Origin: Eledone cirrhosa
Lineage: Eukaryota
Assembly: GCA_964016885.1 (NCBI GenBank)
Contig: OZ024741.1
Location: 47,492,001 to 47,556,000 of the forward strand
Direction: 5' to 3'
DNA: 64,000 bases
The notes beneath the pieces are model-generated. The model saw only the letters and a program-made list of their open reading frames with translations, was not told the DNA's origin and did no database searches. This document shows positions 1 through 12,859 of this stretch, piece by piece. Made by a program: the position numbers and the translations under genes. Position 1 is the stretch's first letter, and each line of letters begins with the position of its first letter.

Positions 1-15
1 CTGCAACTTGATAAG
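1..15 (+). CDS. SPG21: Maspardin internal exon, 3' end only (LQLDK)
   Basis: CTGCAACTTGATAAG|gtaaa donor. It splices in frame to [10 protein letters not shown], giving the maspardin motif LDKVHxFGASLGG. Confidence 0.8.
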
Positions 16-107
16 GTAAAAATAAATACTTCACAACCATATTTAAAAAAAAAAATTTTATTAAAAAAATTGAGAAAATTTTATTTAAAATATAAATTAT
101 ATTTATA

Positions 108-440
108 ATTGTTTCTACTTTTGGCACAAGGCCAGCAAATACCCAGTGCATTACTGGTACTTTATTTTATCGACCCCGTAAGGATGAAAGGCAAAGTTAA
201 CCTCAGTGGGATTTGAACTCAGAATGGCAAGGGCCGTAACTCTACGTCAAAGATTATATTTATAATGTCAGAATGACAAAAAAAAAACGGAGGAGAATAG
301 GGTTGGGGGTGAAAACTCTTCATGCACTCATGGCAAGATGGCATATCAACCCTATAAGGATGAAAGGCAGATCTAACCTCAGTGGGATTTAAACTCAGAA
401 TATAAAGGGCCGTAACTCTATGCTGCGAAGCAGGGTGTCT
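108..440 (-). mobile_element. tRNA-derived SINE fragments (two partial copies)
   Basis: Reverse complement has B box GAGTTCAAATCC and core TTGCCTTTCATCC..GTCGATAAAATAAAGTACCAGT; same family as 9116-9335. Confidence 0.75.
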
Positions 441-650
441 GAGAGAAAGGGGTATTTACAACTGGTGTTCCATGAAAAAATTCATTTAAATAAAGATGTT
501 CTTGGTAACAAAAAGGTTTAGGGAACCACTGATCTATAATGATTTGCTTTGAAAATGAAACTTCAATGAAGAGGAGGAGTTCCATGTCTTTTATGGCTTA
601 TTAACTGGTGAGTGTTGTGGTTGTAAGGAAAAGTCTCATTACAGCTAATA

Positions 651-990
651 CGAGGGTAGGCTTTAAGGTTCAAAGGCTGACTACAAAGGAGTGATGCTAG
701 AGCTGTGAAATCTTGCATGTATTAATTTCAACTATTTTCATTAATAACTGCATTATTTCTTTCCAGGGTCTATGATGAAAAACAAACATCATTTGGTTAT
801 TCCATGAGAGTATTTTGGTCTGCCTATGAAGGAATGATGTTACAGCTGTGAAATCTTGCATGCATTAATTTCAACTCCTCTTACTAATAACTGCATTATT
901 TCTTTCCAAGGTCTATGATGAAAAATAAACCTCATTTGGTCATTCCATGAGAGTATCTTGATCAGCCTATGAATTTTTCAGCCAATCCTG
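651..990. mobile_element. Degenerate Tc1/mariner-type MITE with internal ~140-bp tandem duplication
   Basis: TA|CGAGGGTAGGCT..TTCAAAGGCTGA versus TCAGCCTATGAATTTTTCAGCC imperfect TIRs; internal repeat gtgatgctagagctgtgaaatcttgcatg occurs twice. Confidence 0.55.
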
Positions 991-1283
991 TTACTTCATA
1001 CCCTCAGTCCATGTAATATTCAATGTTGGCATATAATCTCTCACAGGTAGCTTGTCCAACAGAAGGAATTGAACTTGGTATTGCAGATCAATGAGTAAGA
1101 ATATTATTGACTCTACCAGTGATCTCCAATCTTTTTTTCACTATATGAACTCCAAATATTACTGAGAAATTTATAAAAAAAAGAAAGAAGCTTTAAACCC
1201 GATATTTCTCCAATATTACAGAGAGTCTTATAATGACTCCTTGAAATTGATATTTCACAATATGAATCCCCCAAAACCTTTAA

Positions 1284-1508
1284 CCCATTAGCATTTATAT
1301 TACTCTATATTTATATTTAGTATTATATTTTCACGGTAAACGCTTTATCTCACATAATATCTCACAATATTGTATCTATGAGATCTTGATATAATTTATA
1401 TCTTGAGAACAATACTTTAACATCAGTATGAGTGGCCAGTTACATTTGGTTTCAACAGAAAGTGGTGAGAGAATTCTGGCCGGATATGGCTGGTTTAAAT
1501 GCTAAAGT
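1284..1508. mobile_element. piggyBac-like MITE
   Basis: TTAA|CCCATTAGCATTTA ... TAAATGCTAAAG.|TTAA; same family as 9896-10089 and 12654-12859. Confidence 0.7.
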
Positions 1509-1595
1509 TTAATACTTCATATTACAAACCTCAAATATTACTGAAAAACTTAAAGAATATTTAAGCTTGATATTTCACAATAGAAATAATATATC

Positions 1596-2100
1596 ATCAT
1601 CATCACCATTTAACATCCATTTTTCCACACTAGCATGAGTTAGATAAGTTGTCCCAATGTGAGATATAGGCCAGGTCAGATGACCATGTCTTGCTCATTC
1701 AGAACTGTTATTGGCTTGGTATCTATGGCTGGATGTCCTTCCTAACGCCAACCACATTTACAGTGTGTATTAGGTGCTTTTCTGTCGTTGACACCTACAC
1801 GACCACTTTACAGTGTAGGCTTGGCACTTTTTGTCGTGACACCTACACAACTACTTTACATTTTGGGCTGGGTGCTTTTTGTTGTGAAACCTACATGACC
1901 ACTTTACAGTATGGGCCGGGTGCTTTTTGTTGTGATACCTACACGACCACTTTATAGTGTTGGCTGGGTACTCTTTGTTGTGACACCTACATGACCACTT
2001 TACAGTGTGGTCTGGGTGCTTTTTTTCGAGTCACCTACATGACCACTTTACAGTGTGGTCTGGGTGCTTTTTGTCGTGTCACCTAGCTGGCCACTTTTTG
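1596..2100 (-). mobile_element. RTE-tailed SINE or RTE 3'UTR fragment with expanded 48-bp minisatellite (about 7 units)
   Basis: (CAT)n tail and TTTTCCACACTAGCATG RTE end; unit acacctacacgaccactttacagtgt.. recurs at 1791 and 1839 and onward. Confidence 0.7.
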
Positions 2101-2479
2101 TCATGAACAATATTTTTTATATCATTTTATAACTGAATATATGAAAGTAAAAGCTTTAGAATGTCATGAAGGATTGTAAAACCTTTACTGACAGACGCTG
2201 TAAGAACCTCCTTTTTTTCCTAAACCCCCAAAATATTCTAGTGGCTCTTTGGGTTTCTATGAACTCAGGTTGGTGACTACTGAACCACACCACCAACAGT
2301 GTTCATAGAAAGACAAGTGTGTACTAGATTATTCTACATGCTTGCTCAACCTGTTAGAAATAGCAGCCAAATCTCCCTGAAATTACACAAAAAAAAAATA
2401 GGAAGGATACTTTAAATATTCTACACTTGAAGAAAAAAGTAAGACAGGATGATTACAGCTTATATTTCATTAATCTCAG

Positions 2480-2610
2480 TTTGATCTGGGTCTATTTTAT
2501 CATAGGCTGATCTGGGTCTATTTCATCATAGGCTGCCCTGGGACTATTTTATCATAGGCTAACCTGGGACTCTCTCACCATGGGGTAACCTGGGACTATT
2601 TCATTATATG
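2480..2610. repeat. ~25-bp minisatellite
   Basis: ctgggtctattttatcataggctga-like unit, about 5 copies. Confidence 0.6.
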
Positions 2611-3649
2611 CTGTCATCATAAGTTGGTTTCATCTCCTCCAAACATGGAGAAATAAGAGGTGTCCTCAGCAACAGATCTCTGTGTCACTTTGTCCCTGGT
2701 AGCTTCACATATTTCACTCACTTTGAGTCAGACATCATGGCTATGGCAACCAACAATATCCTTCACATAGCTTGGTTTCTGTCTACCTTTGCTTCTTTGC
2801 CTATGTTCTGGGATGTACAAACAGTATTGCTGAATCAAATCTTCCTTGATTCTTATATTAGAATGTCCAGTGAATAATGCATACATGTATGGTCCCATAA
2901 CTCCCGTTAGTCATAAGGGTGCTGTATTTACATATAGCATTTCTCCTAGTGGATCCCATCACCTCTCCAGTCTAAATACAGCAGATTTCTTCCAGAGATG
3001 AATAGAAAGTGAGAAAGAGGTATAGAGGAAGAATCGACACATTAATAGACTGGTACTTTTTTTTATCCACCTCGAATGGATGAAAGGCAAATTATTCTCT
3101 CCGACATTCTAACGATTCTGCCAATTCGCCGCCTTCCAGTGAATAATAACTACCAATATATCACTGAGTTGGTATTTGTTTACTTGTATACATATTGATA
3201 GGTAACATGGTCTGTTCTGCTGATCTTAAGTATGATTATCAGCCACTGAGTTTGAAAGGTATTACCATATATACTCAAATATAAGCCAGACCCTTACCCC
3301 TATTTTATGTCTGAGAAATAGGCAAAAATCCAAACCCTATTTATAATCAACACATTGTTTAGATGGCGTATATAAGCCAACCTCCATTTTGCCATCTTTT
3401 TTTTTTTATTATTGTTACCTATTCCTCGGCTTATATTTAAGTATCTACAGTAATTTTATTCTTTAGCTTCTTTGTAATAACCTGGGCCTATTTCATCAAA
3501 AGCTGACCTGGGACTAAACAACAACGCTCTTGGTACAGGGTAACAGTGGAGTGTGTCAAAAGCTTTGCAGCAGAGACATTTTCTTCTTTTCCACCAATGA
3601 ACCAAAGAATTATTCATAATAGTAAAATAACTGACTTTTCTTATTCCAG

Positions 3650-3795
3650 GTCCATATATTTGGAGCCTCCCTTGGTGGTTTCATTGCTCAGAAATTCGCC
3701 GAATTTACTTCCCGTTCACCGAGAGTTGCCTCCCTTATGCTTTGTAATTCTTTCAATGATACTTCCATATTCCAACAGACGTCCGCTGCACCAAC
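3650..3795 (+). CDS. SPG21: Maspardin exon (146 nt)
   Basis: ttccag|...|gtaag. Translates [48 protein letters not shown], recognisably maspardin (alpha/beta-hydrolase fold). Confidence 0.95.
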
Positions 3796-4463
3796 GTAAG
3801 TTTTTTTCAGAAATCTATTATTCTTTTACTGACATCAGTCATTAGACTGTAGTCATGTTGATGTGGCACCACCTTAAAATCTATTTTAATCGATCCTTCC
3901 GACCCAAGTACATATATTTTTCAAGCCTGATACTTATTTTATAGATCTTTTTTTTTTCTGTTGAACCACTAGGGGTATAAACACAGATGCATACGGTTAG
4001 CATCTGCAGTTTTTACTGACCAGATTTCACTTCTAAGGCATTGGTTAACTCAAGGCTCTAGTCGAAGACCCTTGCCCAAAGTGACATGTCTTCTCTCTCG
4101 CTCTACCTCCATCATAACATCGATTTTTTCCATGCTTGTATGGGTTAGATGAGTCGTCCATATTATGATACAAGTCTGGCCACTTAACCACGCCATACCT
4201 TGCTCAAACTGAACTGTATTTTGGCTGAGATTTTTACAGCTGGATGTGCTTATTAACACCAACCATGTTTACAGTGTGGAACGTGTGCATATATATGTAT
4301 ATATATTTATTTGAAAATTATAGACAGTGTTTTTCATTAAGAATATGGTAATGAAAGGGTTAAAACCTGTTTTTGTTTCGGGAGAGTGTAGAAAAATCGT
4401 ATGAAAATGGTGTGTAAAGATATCTTATATTACATATTTGAAGAGTTCTTCTTTTATTTTCAG

Positions 4464-4572
4464 GTTTTGGATGATGCCAGCTTTATTTCTGAAGAAGATG
4501 GTTATCGGTTCATTCCAAAAAGGAGTGGTGGATTCCAGTATTGCTGATTCCATAGACTTCCTTGTTGACAAA
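4464..4572 (+). CDS. SPG21: Maspardin exon (109 nt)
   Basis: tttcag|G TTT TGG.. gives FWMMPALFLKKMVIGSFQKGVVDSSIADSIDFLVDK. Donor AAA|gttggt is weak but phase-compatible. Confidence 0.92.
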
Positions 4573-4967
4573 GTTGGTGTTTTTTTTACTATTACATGTC
4601 TGAATTTATATCTTTTTTATTGCAAAGTTTAATATTTGAATTAATTTAATCATCCATTCTCTGGCAATATTGACCAAATCTTTTCATCATAGAAAGCAAA
4701 AGAAAATCACCCATTGCTTTTGTAAAATCTTATTTTTCAACTTCTTTGAGTCCCAAAAATATACTGATACATATTTTACCTTATTTATTTTTAACAATTT
4801 TTTTGAAAAATGCAAAAAATTAAGATTTAACCATTTTGATACCAACCTGCTAAAGCTATCTTTGATTCTATGGAACAAAATCAATTTGAAAAGGTTTCTA
4901 TTTAAATGAAAATCTTCCTACATAATTTTTTATAAGAACCTTTTGTTATATTTACAAATCCATCTTA

Positions 4968-5090
4968 ATAATTGTTTCTACTTTTGGCACATGGTCAGCA
5001 ATTACTGGTACTTTATTTTATCGACCCCCGTAAGAATGAAAGGCAAAGTTAAACTTGGCGGGATTTGAACTCAGAATGTAAAGGGCCATC
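4968..5090 (-). mobile_element. tRNA-SINE fragment
   Basis: Same core and B box as 9116-9335. Confidence 0.65.
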
Positions 5091-6674
5091 CATCTTAATA
5101 ATGAAATATTTGTCAATACCTCCAAATTCTACATTAATTTATTAAAAGACAGTGTATTTTATTAGAAATATGGTAATGAAAGGGTTAATATATTTATATT
5201 TACCTAAACTTCCTCAAACACCAATTTGATAATGAGAAAGTTAGTTGTGACTATTTACAAAATGATTTGAAAATAACTTTAAAACTATAGTAACAAATGG
5301 GTTAATCCAGGATTGGCACAATAACATACCAAAATCAACACTTGGGAGGACCCATTAATCTTGCTGAGGACATGACCAACTGATAGTGTTGGTATCTCAA
5401 TGAAATGCACCTGATACACTCTCTAAAATGGTCACTATATACAAACAAATCTGCTATATATATATATAAAATTATGGTTCCGATGTGAGCAGGGTACGGC
5501 AAGGTTAACTGGCCAGATCCTCCTCATAATGGCGCCACCCAGGTCTCCACTATGAGTAAGGCTTGATGCGACCAGCAGGCCAGCCCTCCCTCAAACTATG
5601 GATCCAATGTGAGCAGGGTACAGTGTGGCCAACTGACCAGACCTTCCTCATAATGGTGCCATCCAGTTCCACACTGTAAAAGTGGTTGGTGTTAGGAAGG
5701 GCATCCATCTGTAGAAATCCCAGCCAAAATACAGTTCCATCTAAGCAAGGTATAGCATGGCCAGATTTGTCTCATGATGTCAGTGTCCCATCTAACCCAT
5801 GCAAGCATGGAAAAATAGACGATGATGATATATGATCATCATTTAACATCCACTTTCCCTGCTATATAATATATATATTATACAAACCAAGAGAAAACTT
5901 CCTCGAGGGTAATGTTTCTTCTAGCAAATAACTTTTACATTAGTTGCTTCATGTCATAATTGTCCCTTCAAATAAAACGTGTTACTTGTCGGACAGAACA
6001 GAACCAAAACAGAATTGTATAAAATTTAAAGTTAACTAACTATGGTCATCACTTGTAATTGAGTATGACGTGGTAGTATGTATCATCTTTTTAGTGGTCG
6101 ATTTAGTTAAGAGAAGATACAGATACTGTCTTGACTCGCAGAACATGTGACATCTGAAAGGAGAGAAAACTGCACCAACACTGGGTTGCTAATTTCTTTA
6201 TCAACCCTGAAAGGATAAAAGGCAAAAATGAACCCCTGTAGGACTTGACTTTAGTGTTGAGAGCCAGAACAAATTCCTAATGTAACAAATGCCTTCATCA
6301 AATTAACTGTATATAGCAGGCAGACATGGGTTCCATAAGCCATAGTGAAGGCAACCCATCTAGGAGAGTAGACATTCTAAATAACAACTGATACAGGGTA
6401 GAGAGGACTCTTGAATCTAGTAAGACAAACTCTCTAGGTGGCACAAATAATACACCTTGTCCACTCTGTAAGCTCTGACAAAAATATGGAAAACACGACA
6501 ATATACTTATAAAGCATACGTATTATTTTGTCATTAAGTTCTTTAAAAAAGTCCTGTCTTTTTTCTTTTCATTCTCTGTGTCTCTCTCCTTTGTTTCTTT
6601 CCCATTTCTATTCTCTCTCCCATCTCAATACAAGATTCTAATTAAATATTAATGTATGGTTTGTTTCTTTACAG

Positions 6675-6782
6675 CTAGATAGTCTTCCACAGAAAGTATT
6701 GGCATCACGTCTGACACTAAATTGTATGAGCAGTTACATTGAGCCACAGAAACTTCTTCCAGTTGATATAACAATTATGGAT
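6675..6782 (+). CDS. SPG21: Maspardin exon (108 nt)
   Basis: ttacag|..|gtaagt; [36 protein letters not shown]. Confidence 0.95.
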
Positions 6783-6809
6783 GTAAGTACTCTCTCCCTC
6801 TCTCTCTCT

Positions 6810-6857
<48 letters not shown>

Positions 6858-6858
<1 letters not shown>

Positions 6859-7245
6859 AAGTGGTTGTGTAGATGTCAACAAAAACCCTCAACCCACACT
6901 GTAAAGTGGTCGTGTGGGTATCACGACAAAAAGTGTCCAGTCCACACTGTAAAGTGATCGTGTGGGTATCACAACAAAAAGTGCCCTGCCCACACTGTAA
7001 AGTGGTCATGTGTCATAACAAAACACACTCAGTCCACACTGTTAAGTGATCGTGTAGATGTCAACAAAAAGCACCCAATCCACACTGTAAATGGGGTTGG
7101 TGTTAGAAGGGCATCCAGCCGTAGAAACCAAGCCCAAATCGGTTCTATATGAGCAAGACATGGTCACCTGACTCGACTTACCTCTAACGGGGCAACCTGT
7201 TTAACCCATGCTAGCTTGAAAAATAGACGTTAAACGATGATTATG
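6858..7245 (+). mobile_element. RTE-tailed SINE or RTE 3'UTR fragment with ~47-bp minisatellite
   Basis: ccacactgtaaagtg units, GAAGGGCATCCAGCCGTAGAAA motif, and tail AACCCATGCTAGC..GACGTTAAACGATGAT. Confidence 0.7.
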
Positions 7246-7549
7246 AATTCTTAGAGGAAGCCGCAGAATTCGGAGTACTATCAATCATTTCCTCATTGTA
7301 ACAATTCTATGGTACAACAACATTTTAAGGCCCTTCTCCCTGCTAAAGCATGGGTTAGCCATGCAGGCCCAATAAACATTTTAAGGGCCTCCTTCTCCCT
7401 GCTAAAACATGGGTTAGCCATGCAGGCCCCATAAAAAGTTTTTCCATTTTGCCTTATCTTCTGCATCTGCCCTCATTAAACCTCTGACACTCATTTCCTC
7501 TTCCCTCATCTTTAGCTATGTCTTTCTAGGAGTACCTTTAAAAAAAAAA

Positions 7550-8312
7550 ATTAAATTGTGTACAGTGCTCAGGTGCACTACAATTCATTAAAGATGTATA
7601 TATAGTACATAGAATAATGTACAAATGTCAGGAAAGTGAACAGTGTATGAGGCATTATATACACCCAGACACACACATGCGTGCATGTGTATGGAGGCGG
7701 AATATCAGGTGTAATGTTGGCGAATTTCGGGAAGCATGGAAGTTTTGAAGGATGTGTCCCAACAGCTAACAACCGATGCAAGTAGTTTGTTCCATGCTTC
7801 AGTAACTCTGAGCGTGAAATGTTTCCGGAAGTCATAGGAGCTGTGCTGTTTTTTTACTTTGTAGGCATGCCTAGGGAAGCGAGGTGTTCAGAGTATGGTA
7901 GATGCCTTATGGAGGGTATTCACTTGGTTCAGAAGGTCAATATTCTGAGCAAGATAGGGGTTTCAGACTAGTGATGCAAATTCTAAGTGTGACCGCACTA
8001 TAGTTATATACAGCTTTAAATAGATAGCTGGAGAGCGGCTGACAAAGGTCTTACTGAGTGATGCTAAAACACCCTCAGCCTTCTTGACAATTTTAGAGAT
8101 GTGCTTCGTCCAACACAAATCACTGTTGACAGTAATGCCCAGGTCACGTTCACAAGAAGACTTCTTGATATTAGTGTTGTAGAGGTAGTATGTGGACGCC
8201 GGATTTTTCCTCCCAAAATGCATGGTAGCACACTTGTCCACAGCCAGCTTGGGTTGTCAGTCCATGATCCATTGCTGCATTGCGTCCAGGTCTGATTGCA
8301 GGAAAGATCTAT
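7550..8312 (-). mobile_element. CR1-group LINE 3' fragment (degenerate)
   Basis: ERDLGI, VRSHLEFA C-terminal RT motifs in ORF 7963-8241; 3'UTR follows. Confidence 0.75.
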
Positions 8313-8314
8313 AG

Positions 8315-8810
8315 TATTCTTTACTTTCCATCATTCCTCTCACCCAGTCACTTTCATCCTCGATCAATTCATCACCCAAATATCTCCTTCAGTTTCTCTT
8401 CACAACATACATCTCTGACTCTATTTCCAGCAACCTCTCCAACTTTCATCCTTCCTCAACACATTACTGAGCCAGCTCATTCCATTTCTCCTCATAACAT
8501 TCATCACTGGCTCTATTCCTCTCAACCAGTCACTTTCATTCTTCCTCAACACATGACCCAACCATCTCATTCCATTTCTCCTCAAAACATTCATCACTGG
8601 CTCTACTGGCTCTATTCCTCTCAACCAGTCACTTTCATCCTTCCTCAACACATGACCCAGCCATCTCATTCTGTTTCTCTTCTTAACATTCATTATTGGC
8701 TCTATTCCCATCACCTTCTGCAATTTATTGTTTGTCATCTTCTCTTTGAGTAATATCATAGTTTCCATCTACCCTCCTAACCATTCTTTCCAACTTTCTC
8801 TGACCATTGG
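8315..8810 (-). repeat. Tandemly amplified LINE C-terminal fragment (~90-bp unit)
   Basis: RWLGHVLRK motif repeated 3-4 times in ORF 8421-8768. Confidence 0.65.
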
Positions 8811-8867
8811 AGAAGGCAGACATTACAATAAAGATGATGATTGGGTTGGTAATATTTCTTTAATCAG

Positions 8868-9008
8868 GTATTTGACCACTGTGCGCTGTCCCAAGCTGTA
8901 AAAGATGAAATGTATAAGTGCTACCCCAATGCTAAGAGAGCCCACTTAAAATCCGGTGGAAATTTTCCCTATCTAAGCCGTAGTACTGAAGTGAATGTTT
9001 TCATAAAG
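8868..9008 (+). CDS. SPG21: Maspardin exon (141 nt)
   Basis: aatcag|..|gtgagt; [47 protein letters not shown]. Confidence 0.95.
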
Positions 9009-9115
9009 GTGAGTATATATTAACTCTTTTATTACCATATTTTGCTTTAATGAAATACACTACCTATGATTTTCAAATAATTTTGGAAATAATCAAGAAT
9101 CTGGAGGGATTTAAT

Positions 9116-9335
9116 AATTGTTTCTACTTTAGGCACAAGGCCAGCAATTTTATGGGGCAGGGAAAGTCGATTAAATTGACACCAGTGTATTACTGGTACT
9201 TTATTGTATTGACCCCATAAGAATGAAAGACAAAGCTAACCTCGGTGGGATTTGAACTCAGAACTTAAAGGGTTGTAACTCTATGCCACAAAGCATATTG
9301 TCAAACGCCCAACCGATACTGCCAATCCACCGCCC
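9116..9335 (-). mobile_element. Near full-length tRNA-derived SINE
   Basis: Minus strand: A box TGGCAGTATCGG, B box GAGTTCAAATCC, conserved core and 3' GCCTTGTGCCTAAAGTAGAAACAATT. Confidence 0.8.
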
Positions 9336-9895
9336 TGGATGGATTTAATAATACCACTGTCTCATTACTAAACTGGTATTTGGAGCTGAACTCAGAAAGT
9401 AAAGAGACAGAAGAACTAACTCATAGCACTTCATCCAACACTAACAATTTTATCAATCTACTACTCTAGACTGCTGCTACATATCAATCTCAAAAAGATG
9501 AAAGGCAAAGTTGACCTTGGAGAGAGTTAGTATTTAGAGAGGTTTCTAGATAAAATAAATAATTAACTATATTAAAACAGAAGTTTTTATTTGAATGTGT
9601 GCCCAGCTATAAAGAAAAAAAGAAAAGGCTAATTGTCTAATCAAACCAAGAAAATAATGTATCCATTGGTCTTTTCATTGTTGATACTATCTACCAGCTA
9701 CAACTGACAGTAGGAAGCAGGATTTGAACTCAGAATGCATCATATTCTAAAAGTAAATATCATGATTATCATCAAAATTTTGTAGATTCACTATTATGAG
9801 AGATAATTCTGTGCGATGAAGCCTTTACCACAAAAATACAATAATGTATACAGAGTAATGTAAATACTAAAGGGTTGGAGGATGTTAAGAGTTAA

Positions 9896-10089
9896 CCCTT
9901 TAGCATTTAAACCGGCCATATCCGGCCAGAATTCTCTCACCTCTTTCTATTCAAGCCAGCTGTAACCGGCTACCCATACCGACAATAAGGTCTTGTTCTC
10001 AAAATAAATATCAAAATTTCATAGATTCGATATTATGTGAGATAAAGCCTTTACCACAAAAATACAATGGTAATATAAACGCTAAAGGG
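9896..10089. mobile_element. piggyBac-like MITE
   Basis: TTAA|CCCTTTAGCATTTA ... TAAACGCTAAAGGG|TTAA; a partial tandem copy lies at about 9770-9875. Confidence 0.8.
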
Positions 10090-10148
10090 TTAAAGGATGT
10101 TAAGAGTTAAAGTATGAAATCTGTGTAACAAATTTTGTTAAATTTCAG

Positions 10149-10325
10149 GTTCATCTGCAGAAATATGAAGGTACCAAATACAGTGCCAAGGAAGATATGG
10201 AACTTGATGAGGTCATTCCAACAGAAAATAATAAAAATACTTCTGAACCCAATAACCTAGCCAGTGATAATCTAAATGAGGATTTAACTGGTGGCCAACC
10301 AAACAACAACACAGTAACATCATGA
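10149..10325 (+). CDS. SPG21: Maspardin terminal coding exon
   Basis: tttcag|VHLQKYEGTKYSA... followed by an acidic/Asn-rich tail; TGA at 10323-10325. Confidence 0.92.
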   Translation, partial: VHLQKYEGTKYSAKEDMELDEVIPTENNKNTSEPNNLASDNLNEDLTGGQPNNNTVTS

Positions 10326-10703
10326 CCATCTTCTCCATTGATGTGTTCTCTATATTGTCCCTTTGTAACTTCCTCCTAACAAATTCATTGTCTCTTGATT
10401 GAACTGTTTTCTCAGTTTTATTGGCCATTGATACAAGCCAAGTTGAAGTATTTAAAACATGTGCAAAGCAGTCATTCCTCTTTTTTCTTTTTAATGTCAA
10501 GTTTTTGGCATAATTACAGGTTAGTGTACATCTAAATCCTGTCTAACTTTGTTTCCTTGTAACTTTCTTAACACTTAATGTCCTGTACTACATGAAGCCA
10601 CATTTGCAAGGCATTCTTGAAAAGTACAAAACAGTACTATGACTGCATCACAGTCAAAATTTAAATCTTTAGATTACTGTAAATTTTCTTAAGTCTGTCT
10701 ACT

Positions 10704-10709
10704 AATAAA
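10704..10709 (+). promoter_or_regulatory. Candidate polyadenylation signal of SPG21
   Basis: First AATAAA noticed after the stop codon. The context is AT-rich, so it could be chance. Confidence 0.3.
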
Positions 10710-11906
10710 TATAATGCAAACATTTTAATTAACAAATCTAATTTTAGATATTTTTTATAAATCATTACAGAATGTTCATAATGAATATTTTTTAAAGAAA
10801 TTTTGCTTTTGCCAAGATACATTTAAAAAGGTGTAGATTAAAATTATGTGATGAAATTTTAAAAAATATATTTTTTTAATCTTTCCTTCCTTTCTTCCTC
10901 AATCCATAGTTGTAGAAATGACATTATGTTCTTGTTGAAAACCTCTGACATTATCCTGATTTATATTATCATCAACATGAAATTGGAAGGGATAAGAAAA
11001 TCACATTTATATTTAGCCTACTACAAACACAAACCAAAAGGAAACAAAATTGGAGATGGGGTCAAGAACTAAACTGTATTTATGTCAAGTTTTTACTCTT
11101 GAGCTTGAATGGTAGGGGGAAGTTTTAGTACTAGGGACAAATAGCTACTGAATTAAAACCTGCTGAGAGGTGCATCTGTTGTGAGAATAAGGATGTAGCT
11201 TTGTTGTTGTATTTTGGGAGGGTCATGCAGCTAATTAGAACACATGCACAGGTTTAGTTTCACTTGAGGTAATTAATCCATCAAATAGTTCATTAATCAA
11301 CTAATTAATTGTCACTGTCTATGATAATTAGTGAGTTGATTGACCTACAAATTGATGGGTTAATCACCAGATTGATAATGGTTTCTAATTTAGGCACAAG
11401 GTCAGCAATTTATGGGGTTTCGGGAAGTTAATTAAATTGACCCCCAATAGTTTACGTGAAGCTTGGCTGGTGCATGTGTTTTATGGCAGTATGTCCCTCC
11501 CAATGTACAACAATATTTGTTTCAACATCAATCTCACATCAACAACCTTGGAAAACAAAAATAAAATGAAGAATTTTTCAAATTCGTAGTTATGCAAGTT
11601 ATATGAAAAAAACAAAACAAACCAAAACAAAAAAAAACCTTCAAGCCATCAGATTTAAACAGTAATTTGATTGGTTTTATTTTAATTTAATTTTTTTTAT
11701 TTTTTGAGGACTTGCAACTAGACTGTTACAAGTATTATTGCAAGCAAATATTTGCCAGAGGCCATGGGTAAACCTCCTGTCTCTAGAGGGAAAAGCTCTC
11801 TATATTTTGTACTGTATTATTTTAAGGCCTACTGTTTATGTTCAATGCATAATACTCTCAATTCTCATTATATTGCTTTGTTTGCTATAATTCATATATA
11901 TATATA

Positions 11907-12004
11907 CAGGGTGTCTCAAAAAATGTATACACACTTTCATTGCCTGTTCAGGCAATATTTATTAGAATGCTGTTGAAGTGTGTATACATTTTTGGGGGAC
12001 ACCC

Positions 12005-12006
<2 letters not shown>
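11907..12006. mobile_element. 100-bp Tc1/mariner MITE
   Basis: TA|CAGGGTGTCTCAAAAAATGTATACACACTT ... AAGTGTGTATACATTTTTGGGGGACACCCT; ~30-bp TIRs in a TA run. Confidence 0.8.
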
Positions 12007-12050
<44 letters not shown>

Positions 12051-12071
12051 GTGTATATGTATGTTTATGTA

Positions 12072-12385
12072 GAGAGAGCTGTTACCTCTGCTGACAACAA
12101 AAAGCTTTTCTCTCAGAATGAAGGGTAGACTGTATGATGCCAGTGTACGAACTGCAATGCTACATGGCAGTGAAATATGAGCCTTGACCACAATAAGACT
12201 TGCGGAAGCTAGAAAGAAATGAATTGAGTATGCTCTGATGGATGTGCAATGTTAGTTTGCATGGACATAGCATAACAAAAAAAAGTGAGGAAAAAACTTG
12301 GCATAAGAGGAATTGGATGTAGTGTGCAAGAGAGAAGACTGCATTGGTATGGACATGTGATATGTATGGAAGATGGCAGCTGTAT
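12072..12385 (+). mobile_element. Old RTE LINE fragment
   Basis: Degenerate RELLPLL..KGRLYDA..AMLHGSE..ERRLxWYGHV, homologous to 35260-35570. Confidence 0.75.
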
Positions 12386-12653
12386 ATGTGTGTGTGTGTT
12401 TCATAAGGAAATATTTTCCTAATTACTTAAGGAAGACCAGAGTTTCTCTTATATTTCTGTATGTATATGTGTCTATGTGTATGTTCCTTAATTCTACAAA
12501 AAAGGTATAGATAAAATATGTACCAGGCTTGAAAAATAAGTACTGGGATCAATATGATAAAATAATATCCCCTTATGCTGATGCTCCAGCACAGCTGAAG
12601 TTTAATGACTGAAACCTAAAAGAATAAAAGAATGTTCTATCTTTGCTATTTAA

Positions 12654-12859
12654 CCCCTTAGCATTTGCATTACTCTATATTTACTATTGTATTTTCGCAG
12701 TAAAAGCTTTACCTCACATAATATCACACATAATATCGAATCTATGAGATTTTGATATTATTTATTTTTAGAACAGTATGAGTGGCCGGTTACAGCCAGT
12801 TTGAACAGAAAGGGGTGAGAGAATTTTGGCTAGATACAGCCGGTTTAAATGTTAAAGGT
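12654..12859. mobile_element. piggyBac-like MITE
   Basis: TTAA flanks and homology to 1284-1508. Confidence 0.7.

Noticed and set aside
1745-2095. Regular 48-bp repeats as a CRISPR-like array
   Set aside because: These are tandem units with no unique spacers, derived from a retroelement 3' region, in a eukaryotic context.
3546-3845. 99-aa ORF
   Set aside because: It is an off-frame overlap of the real SPG21 exon 3650-3795.
9230-9335. tRNA gene
   Set aside because: The A and B boxes belong to a SINE head; there is no cloverleaf, and a SINE body follows.
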